A stretch of 64,000 nucleotides of DNA from Lama guanicoe. Taxonomy: Eukaryota. Of this stretch, positions 51,650-62,560 are shown piece after piece. The stretch's first letter is position 1, and the number at the start of each line of letters is the position of its first letter. A program made the translations under genes and the position numbers. The DNA lies in contig MU054187.1 of NCBI GenBank assembly GCA_013239625.1, positions 14,728,974-14,792,973 of the forward strand, in the 5' to 3' direction. Below the pieces are notes generated by a model that saw only the letters and a list, made by a program, of their open reading frames with translations, was not told the DNA's origin and did no database searches.

Positions 51650-54250
51650 CTTGTGTCAGTGTCACAGCAGCAAGCAGGTGGCATATCCACTGGATAAACT
51701 CAAGAGGATCTAGTAATGAGATATTCACAGGTCAGGATGTAGGGCACTTATTAGAGACAGTGTAGGATCTAGAATTTCATCATGCAGGGCTTCGGAAGGG
51801 TTGATGGGAGGAAGCAGTTCCTGGAACTTAGAGAGACAGACAGACAGAGACAGAGAAAGAGCCAGGGTCCCGGCTGGAGCTGAAATCTTGGAGGGGACTG
51901 GGGGCTCTTACAGTGGGAAACAGGTCGAGAGAAGAAATACCCCGTCTCACTCTACTTCTGTCCTCTGATCTTCCGAGGTTCCTCAACCAGAGGTTCGGAG
52001 GCAAGGGAGTTCACTGATACAGTCCTTAAAGATCAGCTTTCTGAGGGCAGAGAACGGGGTGAAGAAGAGGGAAGAATAGACCTGGAGGGGCAGAAGAAGA
52101 TGGTCAGCATGGTCCATTCCTCTCCCCTCCCTCGATCCACTCTTGTCCTTCACTCCGGTGAATGTGTCCCAGCGCAGGGAATGTAATCCCATTGGCACCA
52201 TCAGTTCATCATTGACACTAATGTCATCAACCTGGTCATACTCCCAGCTGAAAACTAAAATGTTAGCAATCACCAGAGTTCTTTACATAAAGTCATGAAG
52301 ATGTGGGGAGGAAGAGGGGAAATAAAGTATAGCTGCTATGTTTTCTGCTTCTACAGCTCATCACAAGACTTAACTGGTAATCACTGTTGCCTTGTTCAAC
52401 AGCCATTCCGTGTTTCCTCTGCTGACATCTCACCTGTATGGCATTAGGATGACCTAGTGAGGTGATCCAAACCTTCATTCCTATGAGATCTACATCCTTG
52501 GATGTCTGTCTTCGTTAGTTGCCGCAATTTTCCATTGACCAGGGCAACTGGGCAAAGAGTACCAAGAGATCCTCTAGTGGGTCTCCGTGTTTCAAATATA
52601 ATACTTCTTACCTCCGTTATGAAGCAACAATCCAATTTCTTCCTGGTAGTTGGGATCAGTCACCCTGGCCAGTAGAGCAACCTTCTTCCTCTCTCTGTTG
52701 ACTCAGAGGCATGAGAATTTCGAAAAGATTAGAGGACAGCCTCAGAATTCCTCAGAAGAGTACATGTGTTTCTTAGTAAAAGCATGCTTTCCTTAGGCTC
52801 TGAGACATCTAAATCCATTGAGCTCAAAGTCACGTTAACAGGACACAAAATTTCTTTGAGTCTTGGGGACAGGATGAAAAGATTCACTAGATATAGTAGT
52901 GAGAGGGGGTACTTTTTCCTCCTCCCTCTGGTTCCTGGACCCATGAATTCTCGTTCTGGAAGACGTAGAACCACCTAGTGGAAACTGGCTTAAGGCATAT
53001 ACTGCCTCCTGTAGGATGGCGCCCCAGCCTCACAGTGTCTCCCAGTGGTCTCCCAGCTGGTGCAGCAGATGACCTTTAAGCAACCCATTCTACCATCTGT
53101 CAAGCCAGTCACCTTTGGATAGAAAGACCAATCAATGATACATATGCAAAGTCATTGCTCTTTTTCCTTTGCCTTAAAATATTTCCTCTGGATGGAGCGT
53201 GTGTGTGGAACACCAATGGCAGTGATTAAAGCATTCTGATAGTCCATGTATGGAGGTGCTGGAAAAAGCACTTCAAGCAAGGAAGACAAATCAGTACCCA
53301 GAATATGAGTCTAACATGTGAGAGCAAATTTTCACTCCTTCCATCGTGGAAGAAGAGCAGTGTAACTTCCGGTGACTGGCTGGACCTTGGGAAATCAGTT
53401 TATATCAGGGGTTCAGTATTGGCTCCTACTGTTGGTCAGTTGGGCATTCAGCAGATGTGGTAGCTGGATGAAGTTTGGTGAGTCCACATGGCCTTTATCC
53501 CTGTTACCATGGCTACTTTTTACATGAGCAAGCACTGAGGATGCTAAGGAAGGAGGCTGCCTGTCAGAAGCTGAATAGGCCCTTTTGTTCATCTAATTGA
53601 GAGCCTCCCTCAAAGTAATCCTTTTGGTGAATATCTTCATACTTCATGCCCATCCTGAGAGTCCATTTGCGTATCTCTTCCCAGTTCACCCTTGCCACCA
53701 ATTTCCCAATTTTATTTTCGAGTCTCTGACCAGTCAGCCAACACTGTTACCCCTGCCCCTGAGTCATTGTAGAGCTAGACCTCAACGGCTTTTCCCTTCT
53801 CATGAAGCAGACAACCAGATGTACTTCCCAAAGTCCTGCCCGCTATCTTTACACTAACCAATGTCTTGCAGGGATGGCCTGAAAGACATACAGTGTAGAC
53901 TCCTCTGTTACCAGGACCAAACATTTTCCTACTCTTTTATCTGATCACAGGAAACTCCCGATGACCCCACAGGTGGGTCGGGGGAGAGATGTCCCTTCCG
54001 AACATGCTGAGGCTGATCCATACTGTAGCATTTCTAATGTGTAATGAAACACTGCTGTGCATAATTTTGTGATTTGGTGGATCAGATAAACACCCAGTCC
54101 ATGATAGATAATTCAGATGATCATACCACTTGATGCCCCATGGTCTGGCTTTCACTCTCTACCAGGACTTGGGAATAAGCTAGAAGCTGCATTTCAGATG
54201 GAAAATCATTGTTGGCAAAAAAGGGCATAGCATGATGAAGGCACATTTGT
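51650..54250 (-). mobile_element. Decayed ERVL-class LTR and internal sequence
   Basis: Resembles ERVL/MaLR internal sequence by recall; boundaries approximate. Confidence 0.5.
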
Positions 54251-55217
54251 GGCACCAACTAGAGAACCACCTGCAAATTCTCTTACAGAAGAGGAGGTAC
54301 CTGAGTCAAGTTGTGAAGGATGACTAATACTGGGTGGGTAGAAAAGCTATTGAACAGCATATACGAAGATATGAAAGAGTGAAATAACAGAATACCAGTG
54401 CAGCTCGGTATTCCGGGGTCAGGGGGTATAAGGAGGCATGCTCGGGGTCCTGGTCATGGAGGCTCATTGAACTCTTCAGAGAAAGTTACTGAACTCTTTT
54501 AAGCAGAGGAGTTATCTCTTTAAGAAAATGGACTATCCTTTGTACCTATTCTGGTGCCTTGTACAGTCCCTTACAATCATTGATCATACAGATTGTTTTG
54601 AATTTTAATTGGAAATATAGTTAGTTATGTATTATATCAATTATTACAGTTAAGTTCACAACTTTTTTTCTACTAGGCCTCTAAATCGCTATCCCCAAAC
54701 TAAAATGTTTTTCTTAATCCTGGCATCCTCTTAAATCAGTTAATTTCACATGTGACTTAGTTAGCACATGTTCTCCCTCTATCTCCTCCCTCTCTCTCTC
54801 CCTTTTGCTCTCCATGTAAATGAGACAGCATGGAGGCACTTAAATATTTGAGAATTGGCTCCTATTCTGCTGTTGGATTCTCATTACAATTTCTAATTTA
54901 TTTAGGTTCTTTACCAAGTAACTTCCTAAGAAAAAAGGTTTCACCTCCTCACTTCTGTGAGTAAGATGCTCATGCAGATATATCCCATCTGTTAACCTTT
55001 TTGTATTCCCTTCTTGCTTGTAAAAGTATTTTGCCTAAGCTACATGAAATATTCTATGGATAATGAGCCTTGTGTTTTCCTAAGTTCATAGTGTTTAAAA
55101 CATGAGTGAATCCATTGCTAAAATATTTATAGTTTAGTCAACATACACAAACTTGAAGAATGATCAGTTGTGGTAACAGACATTCAAATCTTGGAAATAT
55201 TTTGAGAAGTATATTAC

Positions 55218-55327
55218 CTTACATAGAGGAATACCATCAATTCTGAAACATTGCTTCCATATTTGGAAATTAAAACCTTTGTTGTTCTCTGACGGCAGTG
55301 GGGCATGGCACCAATGAAAAGTGCCAT
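55218..55327 (-). pseudogene. Pseudogene exon C (110 nt, phase 1>0)
   Basis: Pyrimidine tract then ggtccag|ATGGCA...TGTAAG|gtaata; open frame GTFHWCHAPLPSENNKGFNFQIWKQCFRIDGIPLCK. Confidence 0.8.
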
Positions 55328-56536
55328 CTGGACCAGGATCCCAGGAGAGAGGGAAGAGAGAACAAATGGCAGATCCAAAGTTTGGATAAGAAACTCATGC
55401 AGCAATTAGAGTCGGTCTGGGCATGGTGTGCCTTTGATTTCAAAGGCAACTCCGTGCCTGGATAAGTTTTGTGGACTGTGGAACATGATGATAACTGGCC
55501 CTAAGGGAACACACGGAACACTGGGTAATAAAAGAGAAGACAGAGATCAGGTCTGCAAAGGAAGAATAAAGTAAGCATTAACTGTTATACCAGGATTTGA
55601 ACTGCCTTCAGCAAGCATTCTGAAAACGCACAGATGACATTCAGTCATTGAGCAGGGCTTCTAATTTTGTGGCATTGGAGTTGAGTCTCTGGAGAGCTAG
55701 GGGTTGATAATATTGTCTCTAAAGAAGGAGGTGAAAATTGAATTCTTTTGCCCCTTCACCTTTATTTTATCCCTTCACCCTTTAGAGAATGGTATGACTC
55801 TAAAATGACTCTTAGCCCCACTGAGGTTGTCCAAATGTTGGTATCATTCCTGAAAATATCAACGTAATGACCGCATTTTTATGTTTAAAACAAGATGTTA
55901 ATTAAGAAATTTTAGTATCCCACAAGGGACATACATTAGAATTTCTGTTTTGAAAACTAAATGGGGTCGTGATAGTGATCAAACACGCATCATTTTCTTC
56001 AAGTATCATCTAGAAATATTTAGCAAGCCTAAAATTACAAAGTCTCTTAAATAGGTGGTATGCAAAGAAATCGCCACAGACTCAGCCCCTCCCCTCTAGC
56101 ATCTTACACCACTAGTTTGCTGTGAATACTTAGTTACAGAATAAAGAGGGAAAGAAAAGAATAATCTTGAATTAAAGATATAGCTGTCTTGGTCAAGACC
56201 GTCAGGACGGCTATCCCTGATGGAATAACAGGATTCATCATTGTCATTCATCCCGCTACAATGCTTTTATTTTTACTGTACCCAATAGAAATGTGGTTTT
56301 TGTTACTGTATCAATTTATTATCTATCTATAGATTTTTAAAGTTTTAAACTGTTTTTCAAGGGTTACATTTGGAGATCTACAAAGCTATATATAGCTATA
56401 ACTAAATAAAAACTTGATTTTACATTAAGGTGCTTACATGTCTGGACTAAGAGTGCTTTTAGGATGGAAAGAAAGATGAAGTTCCAGAGAAGAAATTGTG
56501 AGACCTCTGTGTAGGAATGAGCAAAAGGCATCTTAC

Positions 56537-56609
56537 TGTCATTTATAGCTTCCAGACACTGCACATTATTCCATATATAGTTTTTAATTTCTTGAATGAC
56601 TCCAGGTGC
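56537..56609 (-). pseudogene. Pseudogene exon B (73 nt, phase 0>1)
   Basis: cactaatcgttatag|GCACCT...AATGACA|gtaaga; open frame APGVIQEIKNYIWNNVQCLEAIND. Confidence 0.8.
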
Positions 56610-56647
56610 CTATAACGATTAGTGGAATAAACAGCTAGAATGTTTCT

Positions 56648-56928
56648 TTTTTTAAATTTTTAAATTTAATTTAATTTTTATTTTTTTAACTTTTTTATTG
56701 ATTTATAATCATTTTACAATGTTGTGTGAAATTCCAGTGTAGAGCACAATTTTTCAGTTATACATGAACATATATATATATTTGTTGTCACATTTTTTTC
56801 TCTGTGAGCTACCATAAGATCTTGTATATATTTCCCTGTGCTTCATAGTATGATCTTGTTTATCTACTTTATTCTACATTTTGAAATTCCAGTCTGTCCC
56901 TTCCCACCCCTCCTGCCCCTTAACAGGA
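56648..56928 (-). mobile_element. Young L1 3'UTR fragment with TSD
   Basis: Near-identical to 12641-12880; TSD AGAATGTTTCT at 56637-56647 and 56929-56939. Confidence 0.9.
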
Positions 56929-57427
56929 AGAATGTTTCTATGTATTGTTTGTAGCAAGATTTGCTCAAGACTGTTTTTCTGTGCTTTTATCCAATAACTA
57001 CAATGTACACTAGAAAACTCAAGTGTCTGGGAGAGTAAATTTTAGTTTGTCACGAGAATTGAAGAAAGTGTGTTGAGCCTACTCCACCTTTCCAAAATTT
57101 AGATGCTAAATATTTAATATCTGAGCCATAAGTAATTAAGAAACCAAAATTTAAATCTCTGAAGACTCTATTGACTTTTTCACAGGTAAAGAATAATACA
57201 TTTATCTTTGAGTCAAATTCAGCTAATGAATGTAGCGCTTATAAGTACTTAAAATTACATCTGTAGGTAAAAATACAATTTATTTTAGATCATTTACTCC
57301 TGACATTTATGAAATAATGCTATATGCTTGAACTGGGAAAAGATTGTTGAGGCCCATGCATGTAGATGGGGAGACAGGGCTCTGAACAGGGCATTGCATG
57401 GTCGGTGCTAAAACTGGTGAAATTTTT

Positions 57428-57646
57428 TAAATTTTAATTTTTTTATTTATAATGTGTTAGTTTCTGGTGTACAGCATAGTGATTCAGTTTTACGTATACA
57501 TACACATACTCTTTTTCATATTCTTTTCCATTACAGGTTACTACAAGCCATTGTATATAGTTCCCTGTGCTATACAGTAAGATCTTTTTTTTTTAATTTT
57601 ATTTTATTGAGTTATAGCCAGTTTACCATGTTGTGAGGACCTTCTT
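57428..57646 (-). mobile_element. L1 3' fragment(s) with 19-bp TSD
   Basis: TSD TAAAACTGGTGAAATTTTT at 57409-57427 and 57647-57665. Confidence 0.85.
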
Positions 57647-57985
57647 TAAAACTGGTGAAATTTTTCTGTTTCTTTAGTTAGACATTTTTTTTTTTACAGT
57701 AATAAATGCAACTTGAAAGTTTTTAGTTGAATGCTTTGTGTGCACATCGGCAGTAGACCACTGTCAATTAAGTACCGTTGGAAGTTACTAGGGGCCCCGA
57801 GAAGTGAAAAATGTGAAACAATTCACAACTTAAAAAAAAATATATATATACACACACACACATTTATTTTTTAAAACCTTAATTATTTATTTATATACTT
57901 ATCTTAGAATATCATATTTTTAAAATTGAAGTATAGTTGATGTACAATATTATGTTATAGGTATATAATATAGTGATGCACAATG

Positions 57986-60900
57986 TTTTTTACTTTTTTT
58001 ATTGAGTAATAGTCATTTTACAGTGTTGTGTCAAATTCTAGTGTAGAGCACAATTTTTCAGTTATACATGAAAAAATATATATATATATTGTCACATTTT
58101 TTATTCTCTATGAGCTACCACAAGATCTTGTATATATTTCCCTGTGCTATACAGTATAATCTTGTTTATTCTACATTTTGAAATCCCAGTCTGTCCTTTC
58201 CCACCCCCTGCCCCCTTGGCAACCACAAGTTTGTATTCTACGTCTATGAGTCTGTTTCTTTTTTGTATGTATGTATGTATGTATGTATTTATTTATTTAT
58301 TTATTTTAGATTCCTCATATAAGCGATCTCATATGGTATTTTTCTTTCTCTTTCTGGTTTACTTCATTTAGAATGACATTCTCCAGGAGCATCCATGTTG
58401 CTGCAAATGGCGTTATGTTGTCAGTTTTTATGGCTGAATAGTATTCCATTGTATAAATATACCATATCTCCTTTATCCAGTCATCTGTTGATGGACATTT
58501 AGGCTGTTTCCATGTCTTGGCTATTGTAAATAGTGCTGCTGTGAACATTGGGGTGCAGGTGTTATTTTGAAGTAGGGTTCCTTCTGGATATATGCCTAGG
58601 AGCGGGATTCCTGGGTCATATGGTAAGTCTATTCCTAGTCTTTTGAGGAATCTCCATACTGTTTTCCACAGTGGCTTTCCTTGCTTCCTTCTCTCACTCT
58701 TAATGATTTAGATGTTTTTTACGATTTTGTGTTTATTCTTTTTGTAATTCATGGCAGTTATCTCCTTTCCAGTTACGAGTTTCTCATTTTTGTAGCATCC
58801 TGCTTCTTTTCTATTTAGAGTAGACCTGTCAATATTTCTTTTAGCATGGGTTTAGTGTTGCTAAACTCTTTGTTTTTGCTTGTCTGTGAAGTTCTTTATC
58901 TCTCCTCCTATTCTAAAGGATAGCCTTGCTGGATAGAGTATCCTATGCTGTATCTTTTTTTTCATTCAGGACTTTGAATATACCTTGCCAACTCCCTTCT
59001 GGCCTGTAGTGTTTGTGTAGAGAAATCAGCTGAGAGCCTTATGGGGTTCCCTTATAACTCACTCTTTGTTGTTCTTTTGCTGCCTTTAGGATCATTTCTT
59101 TATCTTTGACTCTGGCCATCTTGATTATATGTCTTGGTATGGGTTTGTTTGGGTTCTTCCTGTTTGGGACCCTCTGAGCCTTTTGTACTTGGATATCTGA
59201 TTCCTTCTTTAGGTTTGGGAAGTTTTCAGTCATGATTTCTTCAAATACCTTTTCAGTCCCCTTTGTTCTTTCTTCCCCTGCTGGAACCCCTATTATGTGT
59301 AGCTTGGCATGCTTTATATTATCCTATAGGTCCCTTATATTGTTTTCATTGATTTTTATTTGTTTTTCTCTCAGCTGTTCTGATTGGGTGCTTTCTATTG
59401 TCCTGTCTTCTAGGTCATTTATTCGTTCCTCTGCATTATCTAGCCTGCTTTGCACAGCCTTTAGGTCAGCTCTCATCTCAGCAAATGTTTACTAATTCTA
59501 CTTGGTTCTTCTTTATAGCTTCTATTTCATTTTTGACATATTTTGTATCTCTAAACACTATTTCTTTTAGTTCCTTCAGTACTTTGATCACTCCTTTTTT
59601 GAAATCTTGACCTAGTCGGCCATCAGTGTGTATTTCCTTGATGGTGCTTTCAGGGGATTTCTCTTGATCTTTTAATTGGGAGTGGTTCCTCTGCTTCTTC
59701 ATGTTGCTGATACCTCTCTGGCACTGTGGCTTAAGGAGCATCAGTTACCTAGTTCTCCTGGAGACAGTGTGCTCTTAATTATTTTATTGAGAGGTCTTAG
59801 TGTCTTCGCCCTGTTTCACGAACTCAGCTTGCTGTTTTCAGAGGCCCTCTGTTGGTGCCCTTGTTTGTGTTGCTCCCTGTGGCTGTTGGCTAGCAGATTG
59901 CGCTCCTTCCCACCACTGGGTCAGGTGCTGAGTTCTTACCTGGTGTGTGGGCCAGCGGGTCACTCCCCCTCCCGATGCCGCAGTTGGATGCTGCAAGCTT
60001 GGAGGAGGCAGGTGGGCATATTGCGCCCCCTCCCAGCACTGTGGTCAGGTGCTGCATTCCTGCCAGGAAGGCGGGTGGCTGCCTGCCCTCTCCTGGCACT
60101 GGCACCAGTCACTCTGCTGCTCTGTGCCTCTGCCCGCTCTGCCTCGGGTCGGCGCTCTGAAGGCGGGCTCAGGGAAGACCACAGAATGCCCCGCCCCTCC
60201 TGTGTGCCAAATCTCAGCTCCTTGTTTCTTGGTGGCACGAGTTCTTTGAGGTGCCAGGACAGAAAGATCTTATCTGCCTTGGGCTGTAAACAAGTCTCAG
60301 TCCTGCCTAGGAGGTTGCGGAGCCCCCAGATTCAGGAGGAGATGGCGGCTGTGGCTGCGTCCTGCCCCTCTTCTCATGAGAAGCGCCAGTAATGACGCCG
60401 CAGGTCTGTGGAGACAAAGGCTACAGTGCCCCTCTCCCCTAGGGCACACCAGCTGTGTTGCTTTGCTTTTTTGGCCATTTATGGGGAACAGAGGTGGTTC
60501 TACTCCATATCCCCTCCCAGCCACGGTGCACAGCACCCTGCAGTCCCCTGGGGCTGCCTCAGTGCAGCCGCCCCAGTCCTTCTCCCGGCTTGGCTGGCCC
60601 ATCCCCGCCCCCAGCTGCCGGCTCATGTCTCGGGACTGGGTGTCATGGGACCCTTTGTGCCTGTTTAACTCAGTTCTGTCGGTCAAGGGGTGCTTGGGGC
60701 CAATCTGAGCCTCAGAGGCTCCCCCTCCATCCTGTTGGCCTCTCCATTGGAAGGGGGAGACCCAGCGAACAAGTGCCAGTCATCCTTTGCTGCTCCCTCC
60801 CACGGGATCAGTCCTGCACTGTTTTGCTTTTTCTTGTTTCTTTTTTCCTTTTCTCCTACCAGATTTTTGGCGTCTTTGTCTTTTGGAGTTCGGCAGGTGG

Positions 60901-60999
60901 TCTGGTTGGCTGAGTAGGTCTGTAAACGTGAGTTTTGTTGTATTTGTGGGAGAGGGTGAGCTACCAGTGTCCTTCTACTCTGCCATCTTGCTTCTCTCT
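57986..60999 (-). mobile_element. L1 with 5'UTR, decayed ORF1 and 3' end but lacking most of ORF2; nested in an older L1 3' end
   Basis: 5' end AGAGAAGCAAGATGGC (YY1 motif); CpG-rich 5'UTR; ORF1 fragments (MTENFPNLKKESDIQVQKAQRVP); junction at 58675-58676 to the ORF2 C-terminus ([10 protein letters not shown]). Confidence 0.9.
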
Positions 61000-61565
61000 G
61001 TGATTCATAATTTTTAAAGATTATACTCCATTTTAGTTATTATAAAATATTGGCTACATTCCCCATGTTGTACAATACATCCTTGTAGCTTATTTTATAC
61101 CTGATAGTTTGTACCTCTTAATCCTGCACCTCCATCTTGCCCCTCCCCCTTCCCTTTCCCCACTGATAACCACTAGCTCCTTCTCTACATCTGCCTGTTT
61201 CTTTTCTGTGATATTCATTAGTTTGTTCTATTTTTTTTAGACTCCGCATGTGATATCTTACAGTATTTGTCTTTCTCTGTGTGACTTATTTCACTTAGCA
61301 TAATGCCCTCCAAGTCCATCCATGATGTACACCAAATTCACAGTTTTCTATTAGACTTTCCCTTTTGTATCTGATCATGTATGGGGTAGGCTTCTTGGTC
61401 TCAAAATTTACTACAAAATAGTAATGAAATTATTCTGTGGGAATCTGTCTCTAGAGGAATAAGAAACCTCTCTAGGTATGTCATCAAGTCCTGTTTTATT
61501 TTTTCACCTAAAAATCTGTCTCCATGCTGTAAACAAATCAGTTTCCTATCACATGAGAGACTTAC

Positions 61566-61679
61566 TCCATTAAGCATGGCAAGTAAATCATAAGCTGATA
61601 TTATTTCTGGATTTTCATTGAGTACTCAGCAGTGTCTTGTGCATATTGATCGATGAACTGATGCTATTTAAACATTTCT
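61566..61679 (-). pseudogene. Pseudogene exon A (114 nt, phase 0>0; an alternative acceptor at 61663 gives 98 nt, phase 1>0)
   Basis: ttggttttag|AGAAAT...CTTAATGGA|gtaagt; in-frame TGA at 61626-61628, plus an in-frame TAA near the 5' end in the long form. Confidence 0.7.
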
Positions 61680-62494
61680 CTAAAACCAATTAATTAATGA
61701 TTAATCCATGATACTGATTAATGATGGATTAATTAAGAATTTCTGGAATTGCATTATTTAAATAAATTATCATTCAGCATAAGATGGGATGGAATGCAGT
61801 CATTGAAAACTGCATTCTAGAGCATTTTTAAGGATATGGGATTAATAAGCATGTTATATTACTAAATGAAAGTGCTATATTACTGTATAGTACAAGCTGT
61901 CTATTCTCAGTTTTGGAAAAAAAGAAATGAATGCATATGTATCAGACTGAAAGGATATATTCCAACTTGTTAACAGTATTTCCTCTGGTTTCCAAATATT
62001 ATATGATGTATCTTTTTACTCTTTTCTCCCCCACTTTAACTCTTAAAAAGCTTTTTGGTTATAGAAGTTTTATATCAAGAGTAGAGAAAACATAATGAAT
62101 CACCATGTATCCATTTTTTGGCTTTAACAATTACCAGTGTTTTGCCAATTTCTTTCAACTATCCTTTGGGTTTTTTGGGAATGTTTTAAAACAAATTTCT
62201 GACACTGTTTTTTTCATGCAAAAATATCTTCCTTTTTTTTTCTTTTTTTTTTAAACAACATTCTTGCTGACTATAGACATCTGGGCCAACAGTTTCACTT
62301 TTCATTTTTTTAAAATGTCACTTTATTTCCTTCTGGCTTGTATCATTTCTGATGAGAAGTCTGTTGTGATTTTGGAGTTTTTTTTTTTTGTTTGTGTTTG
62401 TCTTTTATCTTTGTTTCACTATTAGTGTCATTTCTTTTCTCTGGCTGATTTCAAGTTTTCCCCTTTATCTTAAAAAAATTTTTTTTTTTTCTTA

Positions 62495-62560
62495 CGGAGG
62501 TGCTGGAAACTGAACCCAGGAACCCCTGGCGTGCGCTCTACTACTGAGTTATACCCACTC
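62495..62560 (-). mobile_element. tRNA-Ala-derived SINE (vic-1-like)
   Basis: ggaggtgctggaaactgaacccagg...ctctactactgagttataccc, preceded by a T tract. Confidence 0.7.

Larger units (their letters stand above)
43953..61679 (-). pseudogene. Intron-containing (non-processed) pseudogene of an unidentified protein-coding gene; 9 core exons, probably extending beyond both ends of this interval
   Basis: Minus-strand exons have AG/GT ends and chained phases 0>0>1>0>1>0>1>0>0>0 after correcting one 2-nt frameshift. Spliced translation: RNV*IASVHRSICTRHC*VLNENPEIISAYDLLAMLNG/APGVIQEIKNYIWNNVQCLEAIND/NGTFHWCHAPLPSENNKGFNFQIWKQCFRIDGIPLCK/VAKPVSKY/CFRTLSRE/NENRHGLRGLFSKTVNPKIPAVFYQC*NFS/HVNLQSETLRGNNFSSIKLKIPAECERENVWNVWRLGLSSRKCLL[fs]SLILTEGDVNLCIHPPKVVSCIDGAI*YSSPKPQINSLCIYRNSLVFPRPRRCNGEVQSKE/WKLGVHRSCHLQNTLQNGK/VQTDSWKYLRRNIFSMAESDVKEERTVQIE*ES*FLKPN. 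Confidence 0.8.

Noticed and set aside
59676..60913. Long plus-strand ORFs (238 aa, 152 aa)
   Set aside because: They lie antisense in the GC-rich L1 5'UTR, where stop codons are scarce.
45413..61628. Selenoprotein reading of the in-frame TGAs (two follow Cys: HC*, QC*)
   Set aside because: The same frame also has TAG/TAA stops and a frameshift, and I recognised no SECIS element; pseudogene decay is simpler.
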